DNA of 64,000 nt from Planctomycetota bacterium (GCA_965223545.1 OZ245006.1:7744001-7808000), one strand, 5' to 3'; numbered from the stretch's first letter, positions 31,490-40,765 are shown. A program made the numbers and translations. Notes: generated from the sequence alone by a model not told the origin.

Positions 31490-31538
31490 AAGCGCCCCTG
31501 GCCGCCAAACTTAGGTCGGTCCGGGGCGCTTTTCTTTT
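31490..31538 (+). terminator. Intrinsic terminator after tRNA-Asn
   Basis: AAGCGCCCC...GGGGCGCTT stem followed by TTCTTTT. Confidence 0.7.
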
Positions 31539-31632
31539 CGCCATCAGGCGTCGCTGAAGGCATCGCGACAACGTCCGAGTTGTACCGCGGGCTGTACCAC
31601 GGAACGGCGTTGGTAGCGGAGGGGGCGGTACG

Positions 31633-32544
31633 ATGACGGCTCCCGCGACAGCCGTCTCTCCGGTTGCGGCCGCCGCCAGCGCCCGCAACCGGATCGCGGT
31701 CGTTGGGGACCAGGCGTTCATGGCCCTTCCCGGTGGTCGCATCGTGCTACTCGATGCGGGAGTTGTGGCCAAGGTCGCACCCTTCAACTGGATGAAAGGT
31801 GGCGGCCGGAACCCGACCGCGGTCAGAGCAGTCACGGGACGGATTCGGACAAGGCGTGTCGAGTCCCTCCTCCACAAGTTCCTGACCGACGCGACCAAGT
31901 TCCAGCAGGTCGAGTTTCTCAACGCCGACCGCGACGACTTCCGCCTGGCCAACCTCCGCGTCGTCGATCGTCGGGTCCCAAGGCGCACCCCGTTCCTCCC
32001 GGTCCATGGCCTCCCGGGCGTCGCGGCTCGCAACCCGGTCAAGATCGTCGACGGAGTCGCACTCATGGAGCTGCCCACCGGCGAGACCGTGCTCCTCGAC
32101 CTCCGCGACGTCGCCCTCGTCGGCGAATGGCGATGGACGCGGCAGGTCAACCCCCGCACGACCTACGCCCGGACCGTGATCGGTGGTCGCACCGTTGGCA
32201 TGCACCGCTTCCTGCTCGGTCTCCAGGACGAGCACCGCGAGCCCGGCGGCAAGTGCGTCGACCACATCAACCACAACGGTCTCGACAACCGTCGTGCGAA
32301 CCTGCGGGTCGGGGACTACGTGCGCAACGGGCAGAACCGGCGGCCCAACCGCGGCACCGCCTGCGGGTTCAAGGGTGTGACTCGCTCGGGTAGCCGATGG
32401 GCCGCGCACATCACCGTGGAGGGGCGGGACATGCTCCTCGGCACCTACGAGACTGCCGAGGCGGCGGCCGCAGCGTACGACGCCGCGGCTTGCGAGCACT
32501 TTGGCGTGTTTGCGCTGACGAACGGGGGGGCGTGCCGTGGATGA
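31633..32544 (+). CDS. HNH endonuclease with AP2 domain
   Basis: 'MHRFLL...VDHINHNGLDNRRANLR' and 'FKGV...WAAHI...LGTYETAEAAAAAYD'. Confidence 0.9.
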   Translation: MTAPATAVSPVAAAASARNRIAVVGDQAFMALPGGRIVLLDAGVVAKVAPFNWMKGGGRNPTAVRAVTGRIRTRRVESLLHKFLTDATKFQQVEFLNADRDDFRLANLRVVDRRVPRRTPFLPVHGLPGVAARNPVKIVDGVALMELPTGETVLLDLRDVALVGEWRWTRQVNPRTTYARTVIGGRTVGMHRFLLGLQDEHREPGGKCVDHINHNGLDNRRANLRVGDYVRNGQNRRPNRGTACGFKGVTRSGSRWAAHITVEGRDMLLGTYETAEAAAAAYDAAACEHFGVFALTNGGACRG

Positions 32545-33169
32545 CGTCGTCCACACCCCTCCCGATCGCCTCCGGGTGGGCACTCAGTTGCCGCGTCACG
32601 TCGCAGACCGTGAGCGCGGGCGGTCAGCAGTTGCAGGTCGCTCCGTGGTCTGGGCGCCCACTGAGGTCGTCGAGGGCGGTGGCACCTGGGGCGCGTACCC
32701 AAAGGGCTTCCTCGCTTGGGCCATGGAGCGCATGGGGCGCCCAGACCCAAGTGAGACGCTGCACGTCTGCAGCGGAGGCCTCGGCCCCGCCACCCCAGGC
32801 ATCCGAGTCGACATCCGCCCCGAGGTCCTGCCGGACGTGGTCGCAGACGGCCGCGCCCTACCGTTCCCGGACCGTCGGTTCCGGGCGGTGTTGCTCGATC
32901 CGCCCTATTCCGTGGAGTACGCGGAGTCGCTCTACCAGACCGAATACCCGCGCCCCGCACACCTCTTGGCGGAGGCAGCGCGCGTCACTCGCCCGCTTGG
33001 GCTGATCGGGTTCGTCCACTTCCTCGTTCCGAACCCGCCACCCGATACGCGGTTCGAGAGGGTGATCGGCATCCATCAAGGGTGCGGTTACCGGATCCGC
33101 GCTCTGACGCTGTATCGCAAGCGGGCGCCGGGGTTGCCGTTCCAGTGGAAGGAGGCCCAACGTGGCTGA
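32537..33169 (+). CDS. Putative N6-adenine/N4-cytosine DNA methyltransferase
   Basis: 'LHVCSG', 'VDIRP', 'LLDPPY'. Confidence 0.7.
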   Translation: MDDVVHTPPDRLRVGTQLPRHVADRERGRSAVAGRSVVWAPTEVVEGGGTWGAYPKGFLAWAMERMGRPDPSETLHVCSGGLGPATPGIRVDIRPEVLPDVVADGRALPFPDRRFRAVLLDPPYSVEYAESLYQTEYPRPAHLLAEAARVTRPLGLIGFVHFLVPNPPPDTRFERVIGIHQGCGYRIRALTLYRKRAPGLPFQWKEAQRG

Positions 33170-33830
33170 CCGCTGTCCTGAATGGCTCACAGCTCTCCGC
33201 GTCTACCGTGCTCAGTGCGAGCGCGACGAGGAGGTGCGGCAGCTAGACGAACTCGAGCGGCTCATCCAGTCGGAGATCGACAAGCACAAGGTGGAGGCTG
33301 GTCAAGATGTGCCGCGCCAGCCCCCTGACCATGTGGCTGATTTCACTCAGACGCTCACCACGCGCCTTCTCGGCCTGATGGAGGTGTGGAAGGACACCAC
33401 TCCCGACGAGCGTCGCACCGCCGCCGCGCATATCGCTGCCATGACTGCCGGCGAACTCGACGAGCACAAGCTGCAGGCCCGTAGACTCGCCGCCTCTCTC
33501 GCACGCGAGCAATCCGCACGCACCGACGCCATCCTCGCACTCGAACGAGTCCTCGACGACGGCAGCGACAACTGGACGCCAGCCACGAAGGTCGCCGAAA
33601 TCGTCGGCGAGTCCCGCCGCCTCCTCGCGGATCTGAGGGCGACGGCAGACGACCTGCGCGAGTCGGCGCTCACCGTTAAGGACTGGCCGGCCGACGCCGT
33701 GCTCGGCGAGGCCGGCGTGCAGGCGATCGAAGCAGTTGTGAGCGCCTACGAGCGGTTGAGCGCACGCCTCTCGAACTATACCGAGGAGGCGCGTCACCGT
33801 AGGTGGGCGGAGGAGGCGCGGCGTGGTTAG
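33162..33830 (+). CDS. Phage hypothetical protein (coiled-coil)
   Basis: Coupled ORF with GGAGG RBS and 8-nt overlap. Confidence 0.65.
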   Translation: MADRCPEWLTALRVYRAQCERDEEVRQLDELERLIQSEIDKHKVEAGQDVPRQPPDHVADFTQTLTTRLLGLMEVWKDTTPDERRTAAAHIAAMTAGELDEHKLQARRLAASLAREQSARTDAILALERVLDDGSDNWTPATKVAEIVGESRRLLADLRATADDLRESALTVKDWPADAVLGEAGVQAIEAVVSAYERLSARLSNYTEEARHRRWAEEARRG

Positions 33831-34131
33831 CGCTGAGCACTTCGTCACCTACGGCCCTGCCACCGTCTCGCTCCTTGCGCTGATGATGGCGATCCGGGCA
33901 ACCCATCGGACGCGTCAGTGCTGGCGATGGGACCGTGCGGATCGCAACGCCGGCAAGGCACTGCAGGACGTCTATCTCCTACGCGAGGACTTCCAAAGCC
34001 TCCGTCGCGAGATCGGCAAGCTGCGCGATGCGCGGGACCGGCTGCGCCGTCGCGTCTACCTAATGGAGCGCTCGCCGGAGTCACGAAACGCGCTTGGGAG
34101 TCTTCGTGGAGAGGAGGTGCGCCGTGGCTAA
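33823..34131 (+). CDS. Phage hypothetical protein (TM + coiled-coil)
   Basis: Coupled ORF. Confidence 0.6.
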   Translation: MVSAEHFVTYGPATVSLLALMMAIRATHRTRQCWRWDRADRNAGKALQDVYLLREDFQSLRREIGKLRDARDRLRRRVYLMERSPESRNALGSLRGEEVRRG

Positions 34132-34480
34132 CGCGTTCAACCCCCTTGCCGCGAGAGCAAGGCTCTCCCGGGTCCGACGTCCAGATGGCGTCCATCCACC
34201 GTGCATGAGCGAGATCGAGCGCTACCTCTACCGCGACGCCGAGCAACACATTGACCTGATCTGCGAAATGAGGGTGAGGGCCAGACGGCTCGAACAGCGT
34301 CTCGCGGCAGCCCACAGATTGATCGGCACCGGTCAGCAGGAGCATGCCTCATGGTGCTCAACCTTCTGCGTCTCCCAGTCGACGGAGTGCGAGTGCGGCC
34401 TGCTGCAGGCGCAACGCGAGTTCAACCGCATCGAGGCGGGCATGGGACCTCCTCCCGAAGAGGAGGCGCGCCGTGGCTAA
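34124..34480 (+). CDS. Phage hypothetical protein
   Basis: Coupled ORF; H..WC...CECG motif. Confidence 0.6.
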   Translation: MANAFNPLAARARLSRVRRPDGVHPPCMSEIERYLYRDAEQHIDLICEMRVRARRLEQRLAAAHRLIGTGQQEHASWCSTFCVSQSTECECGLLQAQREFNRIEAGMGPPPEEEARRG

Positions 34481-34784
34481 ACACGCCGTCCGCATGGCCA
34501 AAGCATCTGACGCCGACATCGCCCAGGCCATCGATCTGTGCTCCGCGCTCGATGCGCTGAGAAGTGGTTGGGATCCGAGCAACATCGACGAGTCCATCGA
34601 CGTCGACGATCCAACGGCGTGCAAGCGTGCGCTGAGTCATCTGTTGACTTGCTGCTCGCAGGCGAGCCTGTTCCGCGTCGTTTTCGGGATGTCCACGCTG
34701 TGCAACCCCCGGAACAGGCTGATCGACCCCGACAGCGACGTCCTGGATCTGCATCCGGAACTGAAGGCGGTGCGCCGTGGGTAA
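34473..34784 (+). CDS. Phage hypothetical protein
   Basis: Coupled ORF. Confidence 0.65.
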   Translation: MAKHAVRMAKASDADIAQAIDLCSALDALRSGWDPSNIDESIDVDDPTACKRALSHLLTCCSQASLFRVVFGMSTLCNPRNRLIDPDSDVLDLHPELKAVRRG

Positions 34785-34989
34785 ACAGCGTTCCACGCCC
34801 GCCGCAGTGCAGTGCGCACAACGCACTGTCCCCGCAGGCGTTCTGCCGCCGGGCTTCCCGACGGTCGAGCAGATGTTCTGCACTTCGTGTCGCTGGCGCG
34901 TGCGCCGCGAGCTGAATCAACGGCTGTGCAGGCACTGCCACGCCGAATCGGAGCGCAAGCGTCGTGCGCGAAAAGGAGCAACAACGTGA
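34777..34989 (+). CDS. Small Cys-rich phage protein
   Basis: Coupled ORF, CxxC pairs. Confidence 0.5.
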   Translation: MGKQRSTPAAVQCAQRTVPAGVLPPGFPTVEQMFCTSCRWRVRRELNQRLCRHCHAESERKRRARKGATT

Positions 34990-35558
34990 CCGACCTCCCC
35001 TGGATCGTCGCCGGCTGCGCTCGCTCGGGCTCATCGCTTGTCATGCAAATGCTCGACCGCGGCGGCGTGAGCTGCTTCGGCGAGTTCCCTGCCTACGAGG
35101 ATCCGCGCACGGCCAACCTGCACAACCAGACCTGGTTGCAACCGGGTCGCGCACACAAGGTGCTCTGTCCGCCGCTGCTGCGAGACGCTCCGCCGCCGCA
35201 AGCTCTCTACGTCTGGATGGAGCGCAACGCGACCCAGCAGGCTCGCAGCCAAGTCAAGTTCATGCGCGCGATGGGCGTGTCCGCGCTTGTGAGCGGGGCA
35301 AACCTCGAGCGCGTCGCGGAGTCTATCCGACGCGATAACCAGACGTTCCGCGATGCCGTTCGCGCCGACAGGTTGCTCGTCATTCGTTTCGAGGACTTGC
35401 TGCGATCGCCGGAGGCGACCGCGAAGTCGATCAGCCAGTTCCTCGGCGCAGGCGACCCCGCGGCCATGGCTGCGGCGGTGATCCCGCGCGAACCAGAATG
35501 CTTCGACGGGCTACTGGAAGCGCGACTGATTCAGGAAGAGGGGGCGCGCCGTGCCTGA
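34986..35558 (+). CDS. Sulfotransferase-family protein
   Basis: PAPS-binding loop 'IVAGCARSGSSLVMQML', 'MERN......S', 'RFEDLL..P'. Confidence 0.75.
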   Translation: MTDLPWIVAGCARSGSSLVMQMLDRGGVSCFGEFPAYEDPRTANLHNQTWLQPGRAHKVLCPPLLRDAPPPQALYVWMERNATQQARSQVKFMRAMGVSALVSGANLERVAESIRRDNQTFRDAVRADRLLVIRFEDLLRSPEATAKSISQFLGAGDPAAMAAAVIPREPECFDGLLEARLIQEEGARRA

Positions 35559-36129
35559 CCGTCCCACGCTCCCCTACGAAGAGGCTGCCGGGGTCGTCAC
35601 CGTCACCGGCTGGGCGTGCAAGTCGTGCAAGCGCTGGTTCGCCGACGAAGAGGATTTGGCGCGCTACTGCTGCGCCGAGTCGATGCCGTGCGACTGCGGC
35701 CGACAACGCCGCGAGAAGCACTACACGTGCTGCGAGTTGTGCCGCGCGGAGCGCGCTGCCGAGCGATACGCAAAGCTCTCCCGCGTCGAGTGGGACGGCG
35801 AGACCCCGCTCTGCGAGTGGATGAGCGATCGCTACTTCTGGGATATCGACGAGGTCCAGGACGCGATCGACGAGGACCCAGACATCCGCCTGGAGGTTTG
35901 TGTGCCGCAACTCTCGCCGATCTTCGAGATGTCGGAGTTCTTGGCCGACGTCTTGCCGCTCGAGGACGGAGAACTTCGGGCAGACGCCACGGAGATCGAC
36001 GCCGCGGTGAACGCCTGGATCGCGAAGCACTCTCCGTTCTCGTGGACAGGGAGCGGCAAGGTCCCGTCTCGCGAGTCGCTCGCGAAGGTCGTCGACCTGC
36101 GTGATGACGAGGAGGACGGTGATGCGTGA
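35551..36129 (+). CDS. Phage hypothetical Cys-rich protein
   Basis: Coupled ORF, several CxxC. Confidence 0.65.
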   Translation: MPDRPTLPYEEAAGVVTVTGWACKSCKRWFADEEDLARYCCAESMPCDCGRQRREKHYTCCELCRAERAAERYAKLSRVEWDGETPLCEWMSDRYFWDIDEVQDAIDEDPDIRLEVCVPQLSPIFEMSEFLADVLPLEDGELRADATEIDAAVNAWIAKHSPFSWTGSGKVPSRESLAKVVDLRDDEEDGDA

Positions 36130-36454
36130 GCGCGTCCATACTCTCAAGACCTGGCCCGAGCCGTGGCGAGCCGTTCGCGAGGGCCGCAAGACGTTCGAGG
36201 TCCGCATCGACGACCGCGGCTACATGGTCGGCGACGTCCTGCTGTTGCAGCTGTTCGACCCTGGTGTGGAGCGCGCAGGCCGCCGATCCGGGCGCTACTG
36301 CAACGAAGACGGAAGTCCACTCATGATCGACCAGCATGTCCCCGCGGAGATCCGTAAGCGCGTGACCTACGTGCTGCACGGCGGCCGCTTCGGGGTCGAC
36401 ATGCACTGGGTCGTCCTCGGACTCGGCGAGATGGGGGAGTCGAAAGATGTGTGA
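36122..36454 (+). CDS. DUF3850/ASCH (PUA-like) domain protein
   Basis: 'HTLKTWPEPW.AV..G.KTFEVR.DDRGY.VGD.L.L'. Confidence 0.85.
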   Translation: MRERVHTLKTWPEPWRAVREGRKTFEVRIDDRGYMVGDVLLLQLFDPGVERAGRRSGRYCNEDGSPLMIDQHVPAEIRKRVTYVLHGGRFGVDMHWVVLGLGEMGESKDV

Positions 36455-36587
36455 GCGCGACAACAATGCCGCTCGGCAACGCGTGATCGTCTGGGGCTGC
36501 GTGCTGTTCGCTAGCCTGGCACTCTGGGCCGGGTTCGGTGTGCTCACCGTCTACATCCTCTACGCCTTGGGCAACGGAGGAGCGTGA
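36447..36587 (+). CDS. Small membrane protein (46 aa)
   Basis: Below ORF-track cutoff; overlaps both neighbours, one hydrophobic helix. Confidence 0.5.
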   Translation: MCERDNNAARQRVIVWGCVLFASLALWAGFGVLTVYILYALGNGGA

Positions 36588-37039
36588 TGGTCACGGTTCA
36601 CGATGACGACCGCGCACGTTTCGTCGACGTCGCTCGCGTCGGCGCCAAGACACTCGACTCGATAGCGAATGCTGTGGCCGACGGCGCGGACTGGAAGCGC
36701 ATCGTCGATCTCTGTGCCAACGCCCAACTGGTTCTCGTGACCATGCGTGAGGGCGCCGAGCAGCGAGGACGAGTCGAGCGTGCGGCGGAGCATCCGCGCA
36801 CCGAGCAAGACTTCCAAGACTTCGCGGAGGCCGGTCGAGTTGGCTGGATCTCAGCGCTCAGCAGGCGGATGGAGAACCCCAACGCCAAGATCGGCCCGGT
36901 CCTCTTCTCTGCACTCGATGAGTGCAGCGATGACGTGGTGCGCGGGGCATTGGCCTGGTTGTCGTCCGAGCTGATCGGCCAGTGGTTTACGGAGTTCGAG
37001 AACGCCAAGGCGGCCGCGGCAGGAGGTGACGTCAGATGA
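36587..37039 (+). CDS. Phage hypothetical protein
   Basis: TGATG coupling. Confidence 0.6.
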   Translation: MVTVHDDDRARFVDVARVGAKTLDSIANAVADGADWKRIVDLCANAQLVLVTMREGAEQRGRVERAAEHPRTEQDFQDFAEAGRVGWISALSRRMENPNAKIGPVLFSALDECSDDVVRGALAWLSSELIGQWFTEFENAKAAAAGGDVR

Positions 37040-37248
37040 GCAAAGAGGCAAACCGACGCGCGGCCTTCCGGGGCATGTGCACTGGCAACATCCTCCTCAC
37101 TGAGGAGCTTGCAGCCCGTGCGAGAGGCGGAGCTTCGTGGGTTGAGCTGTCCGAGAGAGTTGCCAACCTGAGACGTGCCCTGGAGCTGATGCAGCACTTG
37201 GTCGACCAAGTAGCGCTGGAGCAGAAGCAGGAGGTCGAGAGCAACTGA
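37036..37248 (+). CDS. Phage hypothetical protein
   Basis: AGGAGG RBS, ATGA overlap. Confidence 0.55.
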   Translation: MSKEANRRAAFRGMCTGNILLTEELAARARGGASWVELSERVANLRRALELMQHLVDQVALEQKQEVESN

Positions 37249-37430
37249 TGCCTGGCTGCGACCGATGCGAAGCGGCCGAGCGCCGCGCCTACGAGCTCGA
37301 GGAAGAGCTGCGGGAGATCGCGACCGTGGCGCTCGATCTCGTGACGGACACGGGGCGCTACCCGTCGCGGCGCGACGTGGTTGCGCGCAAGCTGCGGGCG
37401 TTGCTGCGGCGCTTTGGGGACGAGGTGTGA
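37248..37430 (+). CDS. Phage hypothetical protein
   Basis: TGATG coupling at both ends. Confidence 0.55.
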   Translation: MPGCDRCEAAERRAYELEEELREIATVALDLVTDTGRYPSRRDVVARKLRALLRRFGDEV

Positions 37431-38251
37431 TGGCGAAGACGAAGACTGCATCCAAGATGACGGCTGCTGTCGTTGCGAGCTGCATCCGAGCCCGCTACCG
37501 CACTGACAAGGGCTGGCTCGTCTTGGACGAGGTCGCCGACGCACCAGGGTTTGGTGCGCGCAACCGGATCGACCACTGTGCTGTCGGCGTTTGGGGCAGC
37601 AACGCTGCGGCGGTCATCGCCTTCGAGGTCAAGGTCAGTCGCCAGGACTGGCTACGCGAACTCGACAAGCCGCGCAAGCGTGAGCGCTTCTGCGAAGAGT
37701 GCAACGAGTTCTGGTTCGTGTGCGCACCAGGTGTCGCTGAAAAGGCTGAGGTGCCAGAGGGCACTGGCCTGATGGTGGTACGAGGCGAGCGGCTCGTGAC
37801 CGTAGTGCGTGCACCGCACAGCAAGTACGAGCCGACGCCAGCGATGGTCGCGACACTGTTCCGCGCGGCGGTGCGATGGGCCGCCGAACTCGAGCACCAG
37901 AACCAGCGATTCGCCGAGTTCGCGGGTCGACCGATCACGGTCGAGGATCTCGATCGACTCGTCGATCTTTGGTATGGGAGCAAGCTCAGCCGGCTTCAGA
38001 AGCAAGTCGACGCACAGAGTCCTGAGAGGAAGGAGAGGCGCGAACGATCCCGAGAGTGGGCTGGGGCGGTGAAGGCTGTCGAGAACCTCGGGTTGAAGAT
38101 CCAGGGCTACCGGGGTGAGCGCAGTGACCGTGTCGCTGCGGTGCACTGGGCTTGCGACCTGCTAGGCGAGTTCGGGACCGTGCGTCGAGCGGCGGAGAAC
38201 TTGCAAGTCACTGCTGAGCGATTGCTGGGTAGGGAGGCTCGCGATGCCTGA
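37430..38251 (+). CDS. MmcB-like PD-(D/E)XK nuclease
   Basis: 'EV...RID...FEVKVSRQDW..EL..P.K...CNEFWFV.....EVPEGTGL'. Confidence 0.75.
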   Translation: MAKTKTASKMTAAVVASCIRARYRTDKGWLVLDEVADAPGFGARNRIDHCAVGVWGSNAAAVIAFEVKVSRQDWLRELDKPRKRERFCEECNEFWFVCAPGVAEKAEVPEGTGLMVVRGERLVTVVRAPHSKYEPTPAMVATLFRAAVRWAAELEHQNQRFAEFAGRPITVEDLDRLVDLWYGSKLSRLQKQVDAQSPERKERRERSREWAGAVKAVENLGLKIQGYRGERSDRVAAVHWACDLLGEFGTVRRAAENLQVTAERLLGREARDA

Positions 38252-38657
38252 CCAAGCCTGCAGATTCTGCGGCGACGTCGATTGCACCGAGAAGTGCGGC
38301 TTGTCGGCGTGGGCGCGGCAGCGGCTCGCGAAGATGGAACACGCTCTTGCTGAGCGTCAAGGGATCGTACTCAATCTGCTCGGTCTTCTGATGGACTTCA
38401 CGGGGTGGCAAGCGCTACTCGACGAGGAAGGCTACGAAACCGACGCGAAGGGGTCCGACTACTTCGACTGCGTCAAGGAGCACGAAGAGATCTCGCTTGC
38501 ATTGGAAGAAGCCGGAGTCACTGGAGCGGAGATCGAAGCTGTGGCGCGTTCAACCGAGGCACGCCGTCTCCAGAGGGTCATCGATGGCTTGAAGGCCAAG
38601 CAGCGTGACGTGAAGATGGAACTTGACCGAGCGAAGGAGGCGTTGCGCGATGCGTGA
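38244..38657 (+). CDS. Phage hypothetical protein
   Basis: Coupled ORF. Confidence 0.6.
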   Translation: MPDQACRFCGDVDCTEKCGLSAWARQRLAKMEHALAERQGIVLNLLGLLMDFTGWQALLDEEGYETDAKGSDYFDCVKEHEEISLALEEAGVTGAEIEAVARSTEARRLQRVIDGLKAKQRDVKMELDRAKEALRDA

Positions 38658-38985
38658 TGGAAACGTCATCCATTCAGGCATTGGCGTCTCGGGTCAGGCC
38701 CGCTTTGAGCGCAAGCACGCGGAGCCTGGGCAGTGCCGTCACCGTGCTGGGTATCTGGTCGACGACGCTTCGGGGATCGTCTCGTGTCGGAAGTGCAAGG
38801 ATCAAGTCGAGCCATTCGTTGCGCTGTCTCGAATAGCGAAGGAGGCATCGCGCTGGAGGCAGCAGGAGATCTCTCTGCAGGCCGAGGTTCGGCGCCTCCG
38901 GTGTGTCGTCGACGACCTGAAGCGAGAGGAACGCAACGCTAGAGCGCACTTGAAGCGCGCGGAGGAGGCGGCGCGCGATGCGTGA
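38650..38985 (+). CDS. Phage Zn-finger + coiled-coil protein
   Basis: 'CRH...VSCRKC...EPF.AL'. Confidence 0.6.
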   Translation: MRDGNVIHSGIGVSGQARFERKHAEPGQCRHRAGYLVDDASGIVSCRKCKDQVEPFVALSRIAKEASRWRQQEISLQAEVRRLRCVVDDLKREERNARAHLKRAEEAARDA

Positions 38986-39457
38986 CTACCACAACCCGAT
39001 CCACCAGCACGTCGAGGCGCTGCGCTACTTCCTCAGGAACGAGAGATCGCTTGGTGTCTACGGCAGCGAAAGCGATCTGGCGCGCACCAGGTCTGCGATC
39101 CGCTACTTCGCCGACCAAGGTGCGGAGCACGAGCTAGACCGTGCGTGCAACCGGATTGTCGAGCTAGAGGAACGGTGCGCATCCCTCCGCGCAAACCTGG
39201 AGCGGGTTGATGCCGCGCAGGCCAAGCAGAGGTTGATCGCGCAGGCGTTGCTCCGGTTGCTGTGGAACTTCACGGAGTGGGAACCAACGAAGCCCACCTA
39301 CGAGTCACGGAGTCCTGCGCACGGACACTGCTGCACATGTCAAGACTGTGGGCGAGACCACGGCGACTGTGTTTGCGAGCACAACGACATCACCGAGGCG
39401 ATTGCGGAGCTTGGGATCTCCGAAGCCGAAGTCCGGGAGATGCTGCCCCATGCGTAG
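38978..39457 (+). CDS. Phage hypothetical protein
   Basis: Coupled ORF; 'HGHCCTCQDCGRDHGDCVC'. Confidence 0.6.
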   Translation: MRDYHNPIHQHVEALRYFLRNERSLGVYGSESDLARTRSAIRYFADQGAEHELDRACNRIVELEERCASLRANLERVDAAQAKQRLIAQALLRLLWNFTEWEPTKPTYESRSPAHGHCCTCQDCGRDHGDCVCEHNDITEAIAELGISEAEVREMLPHA

Positions 39458-39839
39458 CACCACGAGAACACCCAACAGGAGAGGGGCCCCCGCTAACGAC
39501 GAGGGTGTCCGAGCTGGTGAGCTGCGGGAAACCAGCGGTCAGAGGTCAAGCGCAGCCGTCGGGGGGCCCTTTCACACACCTACACCCGCGCGCCGGCGCG
39601 GCGGACACGGGAAACCGTGGTCCGGGCTTTCCACGCGCGGGCCGGCGACCGCGCGTGGGCTTACGCATTCGGGTGCTGGCCCGGTGCTGCCTTGGTGGCG
39701 GCACCGTCCGATCGACGGGCCAGCGCCCACCTTGTTCATGTCGCTGTTCGATGCTGGGGGGTTTGGCATCGGCGGCACGCGGCGACCGCGGTCCGAGCTT
39801 CTCGCGGTCGCCGCACTTCTTCCCGAGGGCGGTAGCTGA
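39450..39839 (+). CDS. Phage hypothetical protein
   Basis: Coupled at both ends; low-complexity. Confidence 0.45.
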   Translation: MRSTTRTPNRRGAPANDEGVRAGELRETSGQRSSAAVGGPFHTPTPARRRGGHGKPWSGLSTRGPATARGLTHSGAGPVLPWWRHRPIDGPAPTLFMSLFDAGGFGIGGTRRPRSELLAVAALLPEGGS

Positions 39840-40408
39840 TGCAGAAGATCCCGATGCTGTTCTTGCGTGACCCGGACAACCCTCGAAGGGTTACGGATCA
39901 GGTCAATCCGGAATGCCAGTGGGTGTTCGATGGCGAAGGTGCCCCGCATCCGAAGTGGGATGGGACGGCTTGCCTCGTTCGTGGCGGCAGGTTGTTCAAG
40001 CGGTACGAGCTGAAGCCTGGCCGCACGCCTCCCCCCGACTTTGAGCCAGCGCAGGAACCGGATCCCAATACGGGGAAGACGCCAGGGTGGGTCCCGGTCG
40101 GCGACGGGCCGGAGGATCGGTGGCACCGGGAGGCGTACAGGCTCTCCCTCGCTGAGGGCACATATGAGCTGATCGGTCCGAAGGTGCAGGGAAACCCACA
40201 CAGCGAACCGGGCAGGCATTGGCTGAGTTCGCACAAGTTCCCGATCGCGGGCAACCCACGCACGCGAGAAGAGATCCGTGCATGGCTCGATGGACACCGG
40301 TGCGAGGGCATCGTCTGGCACCACCCAGACGGCAGGATGGCCAAGATCCGCCGGAAGGACTTCGGGCTGTCGTGGCCCGTCAAGCAGGAGGACGCAGCCC
40401 ATGCCTGA
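39839..40408 (+). CDS. RNA ligase-like nucleotidyltransferase (DUF5565-like)
   Basis: Motif I 'KWDGT', 'TYELIG', motif IV 'EGIVW', motif V 'MAKIRRKDF'. Confidence 0.75.
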   Translation: MQKIPMLFLRDPDNPRRVTDQVNPECQWVFDGEGAPHPKWDGTACLVRGGRLFKRYELKPGRTPPPDFEPAQEPDPNTGKTPGWVPVGDGPEDRWHREAYRLSLAEGTYELIGPKVQGNPHSEPGRHWLSSHKFPIAGNPRTREEIRAWLDGHRCEGIVWHHPDGRMAKIRRKDFGLSWPVKQEDAAHA

Positions 40409-40655
40409 GCCATCAATCTGCGTCAACTGTCGACATCACCGCGGCCCAACCGACGAGTTCGACCGCAGCCTGCACTACTGCGATCACCCGAGCGCTGAGC
40501 GTAGGCAGAGAGTCGTCGACCACATCTCCGGGCTCGGTTGCTTCACGCGATCGGACGGTTCGCTGACGCTTGAGGGGCGACCCCGGTGCGACGAGGTCAA
40601 CGTGCGTGGGACGTGCCGGTACTGGGAGGCGAAGGTCAGCGAGGAGGGGGCATGA
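40401..40655 (+). CDS. Small Cys-rich phage protein
   Basis: 'ICVNCRHH...YCDHP...CRYWE'. Confidence 0.6.
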   Translation: MPEPSICVNCRHHRGPTDEFDRSLHYCDHPSAERRQRVVDHISGLGCFTRSDGSLTLEGRPRCDEVNVRGTCRYWEAKVSEEGA

Positions 40656-40765
40656 GTTGGTGGCTTCTCGCACTCGCGGTGCTTGTGGTCGGGGCCGCGG
40701 CCGTGGTCTTTCTTGCTGTCATCGCGCGGGCCGGGCAGGGCTGGAGCTAGAGGAGACGTTCAGAA

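Noticed and set aside
31633..32544. Integrase next to the tRNA
   Set aside because: Gene is HNH-AP2; no tyrosine or serine recombinase motifs
36061..36100. Self-target of unit 4 ('RESLAK' in 35551-36129)
   Set aside because: Only about 4 dinucleotides match the gapped pattern at DNA level
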